This document shows positions 24,902-32,000 of a stretch of DNA of 32,000 nt, in pieces (position 1 is the stretch's first letter; every line of letters starts with the position of its first letter). The notes beneath the pieces were generated by a model. The model saw only the letters and a program-made list of their open reading frames with translations, was not told the origin of the DNA and ran no database searches. A program made the position numbers and the translations under genes. This DNA is from Candidatus Electronema halotolerans (GTDB lineage: Bacteria > Desulfobacterota > Desulfobulbia > Desulfobulbales > Desulfobulbaceae): contig OW818675.1 in the NCBI GenBank assembly GCA_942493095.1, positions 1,650,001-1,682,000 on the forward strand, read 5' to 3'.

Positions 24902-24997
24902 AAGGTGTTTTTTTATGGACAGCAGCCGCGTTTCCACATACCATACTCTGCTGCGGGGGACAGAGGAGGAGAACGAAAGGATGCAAGCAATGAATGA

Positions 24998-26374
24998 ATG
25001 GATGCAATGATGAAAAAACATGCCGCCAAGGTGTTGATTGTCGATGACGAGCCGACGCATCGCTGCATGCTGCGCTCGATCCTCGGAAACTGGGGGTGGG
25101 AGGCGGTGGAGGCGGATGACGGTCTGACTGCGGTGGAAGCCGTGCGCAGCGGCCCGTTTGACTTGGTATTGATGGATGTCTGCATGACCAATATGGACGG
25201 CACTGAGGCCCTGCGCAAAATCCGGGCCATCAATCCGGCCATTCCCGTGGTGATGCTGACCGCCAACTCTTTTGTCGAAACAGCGGTCGAGGCCATCAAG
25301 CTGGGCGCGCACGACTATCTGACCAAGCCGGTGGATGTGGAGCGGCTCCGCAAGACAGCGGAAATCGCCATGAGCCACCGGCAGCAGCCGGATGAGCCGG
25401 AATTGCTTGGGGCGCAGCCTTTTGACGAGAACGGCAAAATCATCGGCGCATCGCCGCCCATGCAGGATCTCTGGGAAATGATTCAGCAGGTGGCGCCGAC
25501 TGAGGCCACTGTGCTGATCAGCGGCGAGTCAGGCACAGGCAAGGAGCTGGCCGCTTCAGCCGTCCATTACAACAGTCTGCGCCGCAAAGGGCCGTTTGTC
25601 AAGGTGAACTGCGCCGCCTTGGCGGAAAATCTCTTGGAATCCGAACTGTTCGGACACGAAAAAGGAGCCTTTACCGGGGCGGACCGGCGGCGGGAGGGCT
25701 GTTTTGTCCAAGCCCAGCGCGGCACCTTGTTCCTTGATGAAATTGGCGAGACCACGCCGGCCATGCAGGTCAAGCTGCTGCGGGTGCTGCAAGAGCATGA
25801 ACTGCTCCGGGTGGGCGGCCATGAGGTGATCAAGACGGATGTCCGGGTCATCACGGCCACCAACCGGAATTTGGAAGCAGAGGTTGAGGCGGGCCGTTTC
25901 CGTGAAGACCTGTACTATCGGCTTAATGTGGTCACTTTGGACATGCCGCCCTTGCGGGAGCGGATCGGCGATATTCCCCTGCTGACCGATTTTTTTCTCC
26001 AGCGCTGCAGCCGGAGAAACAGACGGGAGGTGCAGGGCATCACCCCGGAGTGCATGGATGTGCTCAACCGCTATCCGTGGCCGGGCAATGTCCGGGAGCT
26101 GGAAAATGCGATTGAGCGGAGCGTGATTCTCAGCAAGGGCGAATATTTGAATGTTGACAGCCTGCCGCTCGCCATTCAGCGCTGGTTAGACACTGGCAGT
26201 CAGCCGCACTCGGTGCAGCCGGGAACCCTCCAAGAGGCGGAGCGGCAGGTGATTGTCAAGACCCTTGAAGAAACCGGCGGCAACAAGAGCCGGGCTGCTG
26301 AACGTCTCCAAATCACACGTAAAACCTTGTTGAGCAAAATCAAGAAATACGGAATAGACAACAGTTCGAGCTGA
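24998..26374 (+). CDS. sigma54-dependent response regulator (NtrC family: REC, AAA+, Fis-type HTH)
   Basis: 458 aa. REC (VLIVDDEP...LMDVCMTNMDG), Walker A GESGTGKE, GAFTGA loop (EKGAFTGA), Walker B LFLDEIGE, C-terminal HTH (GGNKSRAAERLQITRKTLLSKIKKYGI). Which of the clustered ATGs (24998/25007/25010) is the start is uncertain. Confidence 0.9.
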   Translation: MDAMMKKHAAKVLIVDDEPTHRCMLRSILGNWGWEAVEADDGLTAVEAVRSGPFDLVLMDVCMTNMDGTEALRKIRAINPAIPVVMLTANSFVETAVEAIKLGAHDYLTKPVDVERLRKTAEIAMSHRQQPDEPELLGAQPFDENGKIIGASPPMQDLWEMIQQVAPTEATVLISGESGTGKELAASAVHYNSLRRKGPFVKVNCAALAENLLESELFGHEKGAFTGADRRREGCFVQAQRGTLFLDEIGETTPAMQVKLLRVLQEHELLRVGGHEVIKTDVRVITATNRNLEAEVEAGRFREDLYYRLNVVTLDMPPLRERIGDIPLLTDFFLQRCSRRNRREVQGITPECMDVLNRYPWPGNVRELENAIERSVILSKGEYLNVDSLPLAIQRWLDTGSQPHSVQPGTLQEAERQVIVKTLEETGGNKSRAAERLQITRKTLLSKIKKYGIDNSSS

Positions 26375-26408
26375 ACTTTCCTGCAAATCCATGTCAGGCG
26401 GCAGGCAG

Positions 26409-26437
26409 TTGACGGCCTGCTTTATCTGTGGTAAAGA
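26409..26437 (+). promoter_or_regulatory. Candidate sigma70 promoter for the aminotransferase gene
   Basis: TTGACG (26409-26414), 17 nt spacer, TAAAGA (26432-26437), about 95 nt upstream of the ATG at 26531. Confidence 0.3.
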
Positions 26438-26530
26438 CTTGAGCTTTCAGGCAGAAGGCGGCCCGGCCTCCTTCGCCAACACATTTGCGCAACGTTTGCC
26501 GGATGATCCGGCACAGGAGACAAATCAGCC

Positions 26531-27841
26531 ATGCGAACTAATATAGTCCATTCCGGGGCTGGCGAACTCACCTACGAGATTCGCAACATCGTCAGCGTCG
26601 GCGAGCAGCTCCAAGAGCTGGGCGTGACCGTGAACTGGGAGAACATCGGTGATCCCATTGCCAAAGGCGAGCAGATTCCCGGCTGGATGAAGGACATCGT
26701 CGCTGAGGCGGCCCAGGACAATGCCAGCTACGGCTACTCGCCCACCAGAGGCGCGCTTTCCGCCCGGCAGTTCATTGCCGCTCAAACCAATGCCCTTGGC
26801 GGGGCGCAGATCACGCCGAACGACATTCTCTTCTTCAACGGCCTTGGCGATGCCATTTCCAAGGTTTTCGGCCTGCTCCGGCCCACTGCCAGGGTGATTG
26901 TGCCCACGCCCAGCTATTCGACCCATTCCTCAGCTGAGGCGGCCCATGCAGGCGACCGGCCCCTGACCTACATCCTTGATCCGAACTGGAACTGGTACCC
27001 GGATTTGGACGATCTTGAATGCCATGTCAAATTCAATCCAGCCATTGCCGGCATCTTGGTCATCAACCCGGACAACCCGACCGGCGCGGTCTATCCTGAG
27101 CATATCCTGCGGGGCATTGTTGACATTGCTGACCGCTACGACCTCTTTCTTGTCTGCGACGAGGTCTATCAGAACATGGTTTATAATGGCACCAAGGCCG
27201 TGCCCTTGGCCACAGTGATCGGCAAGCGGGTGCCTGCAATCTGCATGAGGGGCGTATCCAAAGAAATGCCGTGGCCGGGCGGACGCTGCGGCTGGATTGA
27301 AGTCTATAACGGCCATCATGACTGCATGTTTGAAAAATATGTCAATTCGCTGCTCAACGCCAAGATGATGGAGGTCTGCTCCACCACCCTGCCGCAGCTC
27401 GTCCTGCCCAAGGTGCTGACCCACCCGGAATATCCGAAGTATCTCAACGAGCGCATCCGCCGCTATGAGAAATATTCCAACATTGCCTACGACATGCTCA
27501 AAGGACTCAAGGGGGTGCTGGTCAACCGCACCAACGGCGCCTTTTACATGAGCGTGGTCTTTGAGCACGGCCTGCTCAATCATAAACAGAGCCTGCCGAT
27601 TGCCAAGGACGAGGTGCGGATGACCGTGGAAAAGATGGTCAGCGGCCCGAATGTGGAACCGGACAAGCGTTTTGTTTATTATCTGCTCGGCTCAACCGGC
27701 ATCTGCGTGGTGCCGCTCTCCTCCTTTGCCACAGCTTTGCAAGGCTTCCGCATCACCCTGCTGGAGCGCGACGAGGAGACCTTCACCCGCATTTTCCGCA
27801 CCATTGCCGAGTCCATCCGGCAGTATGTCACCTCAGCCTGA
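26531..27841 (+). CDS. Class I/II PLP-dependent aminotransferase (alanine/aspartate aminotransferase-like)
   Basis: 436 aa. GGAGA RBS. Motifs NIGDPIAKG, VINPDNPTGAVY, and a PLP-lysine context GVSKEMPWPGGRCGW. Confidence 0.85.
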   Translation: MRTNIVHSGAGELTYEIRNIVSVGEQLQELGVTVNWENIGDPIAKGEQIPGWMKDIVAEAAQDNASYGYSPTRGALSARQFIAAQTNALGGAQITPNDILFFNGLGDAISKVFGLLRPTARVIVPTPSYSTHSSAEAAHAGDRPLTYILDPNWNWYPDLDDLECHVKFNPAIAGILVINPDNPTGAVYPEHILRGIVDIADRYDLFLVCDEVYQNMVYNGTKAVPLATVIGKRVPAICMRGVSKEMPWPGGRCGWIEVYNGHHDCMFEKYVNSLLNAKMMEVCSTTLPQLVLPKVLTHPEYPKYLNERIRRYEKYSNIAYDMLKGLKGVLVNRTNGAFYMSVVFEHGLLNHKQSLPIAKDEVRMTVEKMVSGPNVEPDKRFVYYLLGSTGICVVPLSSFATALQGFRITLLERDEETFTRIFRTIAESIRQYVTSA

Positions 27842-27856
27842 AACTGGAGACACGCA

Positions 27857-28315
27857 ATGCTGACCGCAAAAGACCTGATGAGCAGCAACGTCATTGCCGT
27901 GAGTTTGGATACCCCGGTGCGCGAGCTGGCCCGCATTCTTGCTGACAACCGAATCAGCGGCGCACCGGTGACAGACGGCGCAGGCGCGCTGGTCGGTGTG
28001 GTCACGGAAAGCGACCTGATTTTTCAGAACAAGAAGCTGCACCTGCCCACTGCCTTCCCCATTCTTGATGCCTTCATCTTCCTTGAAGACCCGGACAAGA
28101 TGGAGCGGGAGATGCAAAAAATGGTCGGCACCACAGTGGCTGACATCTGCACCAGAAAGCCGGTCACAGTGCGGGAGGACACGCCGCTGGAGGAAGTGGC
28201 GACCCTGATGGCGGAAAAAAAAGTGCATACCCTGCCGGTGCTGGACAAGGCCGGGCAGCTTGTCGGCGTGCTCGGCAAGTCGGACTTGATCCGCATGATT
28301 GCTGAGGGAAGATAA
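27857..28315 (+). CDS. CBS-domain pair protein
   Basis: 152 aa. Two CBS repeats (LMSSNVIAVSLDTPVRELARILADNRISGAPVTD; ICTRKPVTVREDTPLEEVATLMAEKKVHTLPVLD). GGAGA RBS. Confidence 0.85.
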   Translation: MLTAKDLMSSNVIAVSLDTPVRELARILADNRISGAPVTDGAGALVGVVTESDLIFQNKKLHLPTAFPILDAFIFLEDPDKMEREMQKMVGTTVADICTRKPVTVREDTPLEEVATLMAEKKVHTLPVLDKAGQLVGVLGKSDLIRMIAEGR

Positions 28316-28648
28316 GATGCTTGCCCAAGCTGCTCGGCATGGCAGCTGCAGAAGTCATCATCCACAAAGGATGACGGCTCAGGACGCATCTGCCTGGACA
28401 CACCCGACTGACTTTCTCTGATTCATCGGCGGCAGTCCCAATTTAAGCGGCCTCCTGTGGCCGCCCTTGGTATTTCCCGTCATGTCAGCGCGTCGCACGG
28501 GCAAGCACGGGGCCTGCCCCTGCGTCGGGCGGCAGAAAGAACGTTCAAATTATACTGCTCCGGCTATATTGCTCAGTAATTCCCCCCTCCAACCAGTTCC
28601 CACGCTGTCTTCTGACCTCTGCATGATGCGGAATCGATCAGGAGCAGG

Positions 28649-30307
28649 TCATTTCTTGAAAGCAAGCTCCAGCTTGGCAAGAGAATGGGTCATCGGCAGC
28701 ACTGTCTCTCTGTTCGGATGCTCGGCAGTCTGTTTGCCGTAAATCTGGAAAGTTACTGACTGGTTATCCTGATCAGCCCGAATCAAGGCAAAGTTGCTGT
28801 CCGTGTAACGGAGCAGCCGTTCATACTCATAGCCGTCATCCGAAGTTCCGCTGTCAGGCATCAGGCCGCCAACCACCCAGCTCAAAGCTCTGGGGATATT
28901 GTAGGTGATGGCACTGGAAGTAAGCTGGTACATCACTGCGCCGCTCTGTTTGTCTCTCATGCGGAAGGCGGCGGCAGTATGGACATCACCGCTCAAGATG
29001 CAGACTCCAATGCCCCGGCGGGCGGCGGAAAAGAGAATTTCCAGCAGTTCCCTGCGCTCCTTGTCATGCAGGTCATGCTCCCACGCATCACGGAGATCAT
29101 CCTCCAGCTCGGCCCATTGGGCCAGCCACGTGTCATCCGCATTGACAAGAGCCGGTTTGAAATGCAGCAGCGGCACAGCAGTGGTCACAAAGAGGAGGCG
29201 GGTGTCAGTGCTGTCAAGGGCATCAATCCAGCTTTTGAAGCGGGCCATCTGCGGCTTGCCCAGAATCCGATGGCTGTCCCGGTTGATGTCTCGGCTGCCG
29301 CGCCCGTCCAGCACATAAAAGGCGGAACGGTCATGGCGGAAGCCGTAGTCATAGACTCCGGCATCGGTTGCGGGATTATGCGAATGCTGGTATTCCTCAT
29401 ACACAGCCTTGGCTGCGGCTTCCATGCGGGCCAGCAGGGTGCGGCAGTCGTTGTAATTCAGTCCTTTGCTTTGATAATCGCTGAAGATGCGCTTCATCTC
29501 ATCGCCCCTGCGATTGCTGCGGCCTCGGAGATAACGGGATCCCCAGCCGTCCTTGAGTTCATGGTCATCCCACATCATGTACATGGGGAAATTTGCAAAA
29601 ACTCGCCGGACTTGCGGAAAGCCCCAGTAGCCTCTGTAAATGTCACGATACCAGCTCCGCATGGCGGCTTGGTCAGGGAACAGTTTGCCATGGACCTTGC
29701 GCATATTTTTGTTGAGATAGGCCCAGATATTGAGGCTGTCCACGCCGTCAGCATAGACCTGATCGCCTCCGGCAATGACAAAACGCAGCTCCTGCTTTTC
29801 CTGATGCCGCCGCAGCATGGCATGGAGATATTCCCACATCTCAATGTTGACCACCTGCGCGGTTCCTGACAAGCCGAACAGTGATCCCTTATACGGATTA
29901 TGACAGGAATAAAAGGCAAAAGAGAAAGTGCTGTCCTGAACTGGCAGGGTTTGGAACTGACAGGCTTTGTCGTGCCCCAGAATCATCTTGGCCGGACTGG
30001 CATCCGCATCTGCCAGAGCATACTGATACACCGTGTCCGGCAGAAGTCCTTCCAGCTCCACCACTGCTGTGGTGTCTTTCTCTGCATCAACCACAAAATG
30101 CACAGCCAATTTTTCAGCGGAAAAAGGTTCAGTATTGTTCAATGGCCAGTAAAGCAGGGTAAAATTGCCTGTCCGGCCAGTTCGCAGCCAAAGGCGGCAG
30201 CTCGTCGCGGTGGTGTGGCCAACAATTGCAGCCACATCAAGATACGGATTGGGCCAAGGACGGTCATTCTTGCTCTCAAAATTATTGTTTGCAGATTGAT
30301 TTCCCAT
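28649..30307 (-). CDS. PhoD-like phosphatase/phosphodiesterase (metallophosphatase fold), with no signal peptide
   Basis: 552 aa. Strong RBS (AGGAGG). PhoD-type N-terminal domain (IVGHTTATSCRLWLRT). Metallophosphatase motifs GGDQVYAD, MWDDHE and SGDVH. The N-terminus (MGNQSANNNFESKNDRPW) has no Tat or Sec signal. Confidence 0.8.
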   Translation of the reverse strand: MGNQSANNNFESKNDRPWPNPYLDVAAIVGHTTATSCRLWLRTGRTGNFTLLYWPLNNTEPFSAEKLAVHFVVDAEKDTTAVVELEGLLPDTVYQYALADADASPAKMILGHDKACQFQTLPVQDSTFSFAFYSCHNPYKGSLFGLSGTAQVVNIEMWEYLHAMLRRHQEKQELRFVIAGGDQVYADGVDSLNIWAYLNKNMRKVHGKLFPDQAAMRSWYRDIYRGYWGFPQVRRVFANFPMYMMWDDHELKDGWGSRYLRGRSNRRGDEMKRIFSDYQSKGLNYNDCRTLLARMEAAAKAVYEEYQHSHNPATDAGVYDYGFRHDRSAFYVLDGRGSRDINRDSHRILGKPQMARFKSWIDALDSTDTRLLFVTTAVPLLHFKPALVNADDTWLAQWAELEDDLRDAWEHDLHDKERRELLEILFSAARRGIGVCILSGDVHTAAAFRMRDKQSGAVMYQLTSSAITYNIPRALSWVVGGLMPDSGTSDDGYEYERLLRYTDSNFALIRADQDNQSVTFQIYGKQTAEHPNRETVLPMTHSLAKLELAFKK

Positions 30308-30624
30308 TTGCTTTTCCTCCTGTTTTTTGCTTAGTGCGGGCAGCAGTGCCTGCCGCTTCTTTATTCAGTGTACTGGAAGAATTGCGCAAGAAACAAGAAA
30401 AATAAGGAAAGGTGGTTGATAAAAGACAAATCGCAACAGCTGCATCTGTGCTCAATCTGTGACTTTTACCAACAACACAGCAATGTGCTCTCAAAAATCA
30501 GTGATCTGGACTTTTCGAGCGTTTGGCAGCCTGTGTTGCGGAAGGTATATCCAGCATGCTGTTCTCTTGCTCACTCCGGCGTGAATGCTGACATCAGAAC
30601 AGCATCTGCGGAATTCCGAGGTTC

Positions 30625-30653
30625 TTGCATAATTTTTTCGACAAGATTATACT
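30625..30653 (+). promoter_or_regulatory. Candidate sigma70 promoter upstream of argS
   Basis: TTGCAT (30625-30630), 17 nt spacer, TATACT (30648-30653). This would give a ~260-nt leader before the argS ATG. Confidence 0.35.
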
Positions 30654-30921
30654 CATGAGCGCGGAGCAGCCAAAGCGCGCCGCCCTGTAGTCAGTGTGTC
30701 CGGTGATTCTTCATACCTTGGCCCCATGCCCTGAACTTCTATTCCCTGATCTCTGCTCACGAGCCGCTGTTTCTGCGACATGTTCCTGAATTCACGTCGG
30801 TTCTGCACGACGTGGCCTGCCTGTCACTACCACAACTTTACGTTAACGAGCTGCTTTTCTTCTTCTCTGAAAACAGGTGTTTGGTCAATTAAGCCAGCAA
30901 AATAAGACAAATAATTTCGAC

Positions 30922-32000
30922 ATGATCCGATCCCAACTGAAAAACCTTCTTGACCAATGTTTCCAGCAGGGCGTGGGCCAGGGCCTCTGGTCCGATGCCG
31001 CTGCTGGCCTGTACAATCTGGAAACGCCTCGCCACGAGGGCCAAGGCGACTTTGCCACCAACTTTGCCATGATTGTCGCGGGCAAAGAGCGGCGCAAGCC
31101 CCGCGACGTGGCGGAGCAGCTCGCCGCCATGCTCCGGCAGGATGCCGCTCTGCTTGAGAAAGTGGAAATCGCCGGGCCGGGCTTTGTCAATCTCTTCCTC
31201 AACCCGACGGTCTGGAGTTCAGTGCTCGCCCCGATAGCCGAGCAAGGCGGGCAGTTCGGTCTCTGCGATCTCGGCAAGGGCATGAAGGTGATGGTCGAGT
31301 TTGTCAGCGCGAACCCGACCGGCCCGCTCACGGTCGGGCATGGCCGCAACGCGGTGCTCGGCGACGCAGTAGCCCGCCTGCTCACGGCGGCTGGCTATGA
31401 TGTCACCCGTGAGTATTACTTCAACGATGCCGGACGGCAGATGCGTGTGCTCGGCCAGTCGCTCAAGGCCCGCTACTTGGAAAAGCTCGGCCTGCCGAAC
31501 GAGTTCCCGGAAGACGGCTATCAGGGCGGCTACATGCACGAAATCGCCCAAGGCATGATTGACGAGGCAGGCGACGGCTTCAAGGACGCAGACTTGGATG
31601 TCTTCCGCCAGCGGGCGCAGGATGCGATTTTTGCGGATATTGACGCGACCCTGAAGCGGATCGGCATCTGCTTTGATTCCTACTACAACGAACGCGATCT
31701 GTATGAAAAAGGTTTGATCGAAGACGTGGTGAACGCGCTGCGGGCCAAGGGACTGGTTTATGAGCAGGAGGGCGCGACCTGGTTCAAGACCACCGAGTTC
31801 GGCCAGGCGCAGGACCGGGTGATTATCAAAAACACTGGCGAGCCGACCTATCGCCTGCCAGATATCGCCTATCACCGGGAGAAGTTCCGGCGCGGCTTTG
31901 AGCGGATGATCAACGTTTTTGGCGCGGATCATATAGCCACGGTGCCGGACGTGCTGGCCGGAGTTGAGGCTCTTGGCTATGACAAGTCCAAGGTGGATGT
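30922..32000 (+). CDS. argS: Arginyl-tRNA synthetase, N-terminal ~360 aa; continues past the window end
   Basis: Not in the supplied ORF track because there is no in-window stop. I translated frame 1 from the ATG at 30922 to 32000 by hand and found no stop. MIRSQLKNLLDQCFQQ..., an Arg_tRNA_synt_N-like start, the class I HIGH-region variant EFVSANPTGPLTVGHGRNAVLGD, YYFNDAGRQM and NVFGADH. Confidence 0.9.
   Translation, partial: MIRSQLKNLLDQCFQQGVGQGLWSDAAAGLYNLETPRHEGQGDFATNFAMIVAGKERRKPRDVAEQLAAMLRQDAALLEKVEIAGPGFVNLFLNPTVWSSVLAPIAEQGGQFGLCDLGKGMKVMVEFVSANPTGPLTVGHGRNAVLGDAVARLLTAAGYDVTREYYFNDAGRQMRVLGQSLKARYLEKLGLPNEFPEDGYQGGYMHEIAQGMIDEAGDGFKDADLDVFRQRAQDAIFADIDATLKRIGICFDSYYNERDLYEKGLIEDVVNALRAKGLVYEQEGATWFKTTEFGQAQDRVIIKNTGEPTYRLPDIAYHREKFRRGFERMINVFGADHIATVPDVLAGVEALGYDKSKVD

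Noticed and set aside
30521-30536. TGGCAG-N-TTGC sigma54-like promoter upstream of argS
   Set aside because: The GG to GC spacing is 11 nt instead of the invariant 10. It lies ~390 nt from argS, and a housekeeping tRNA synthetase is an unlikely sigma54 target.
30780-30905. 41-codon ORF (MFLNSRRFC...) as an arginine-sensing leader peptide for argS
   Set aside because: It has no Shine-Dalgarno, only two Arg codons and no obvious alternative terminator/antiterminator pairing, and this mechanism is not established for argS. It is kept only as a note under the intergenic finding.
30885-31932. Minus-strand ORFs 30885-31385 and 31219-31932, the only track ORFs covering this region
   Set aside because: The plus-strand frame 1 from 30922 translates without a stop into an unmistakable arginyl-tRNA synthetase. 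The minus-strand ORFs are antisense shadows.

Overview
Bacterial chromosomal window, roughly mid-50s % GC by eye. The gene content (sigma54 enhancer-binding regulator, CarD/CdnL, large Cache-HAMP-GAF hybrid kinase) fits a proteobacterial or Desulfobacterota-like genome, but the taxon cannot be fixed from sequence alone. The housekeeping backbone is an M16 peptidase, mutY, prmC, prfA, rpmE, rho, coaE, an rluD-like gene, carD, pth, an aminotransferase, a CBS protein, a PhoD-like phosphatase and argS. Three accessory islets interrupt it. (i) 3030-5128 holds a translationally coupled membrane/TPR-like protein plus a secreted caspase(C14)-DUF1566 protein, followed by tandem hairpin repeats. (ii) 6029-7242 is an AT-rich ~1.2 kb insertion with no normal gene. 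It splits the usually contiguous prfA-prmC pair and carries a duplicated TTGACA-box/small basic ORF module, a 23-bp palindrome and a long inverted repeat (MITE-like). (iii) 13244-17811 holds two glycosyltransferases, a 23-bp iteron-like tandem array (4 full copies plus a partial one), a perfect 34-bp palindrome, and an orphan NB-ARC/TPR STAND NTPase whose N-terminus is a short N/G/Q-rich segment rather than an effector domain. 18096-26374 is a single-strand signalling cluster: REC-GGDEF, a Cache-HAMP-GAF-HisKA-HATPase-3xREC kinase, CheR, a REC-less CheB and a sigma54 activator. It has no CheA, CheW or MCP, so it is a candidate methylation-adapted histidine-kinase pathway. argS at the right edge is missing from the ORF track because it runs off the window. 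All product calls rest on motifs read by eye; no database search was possible.
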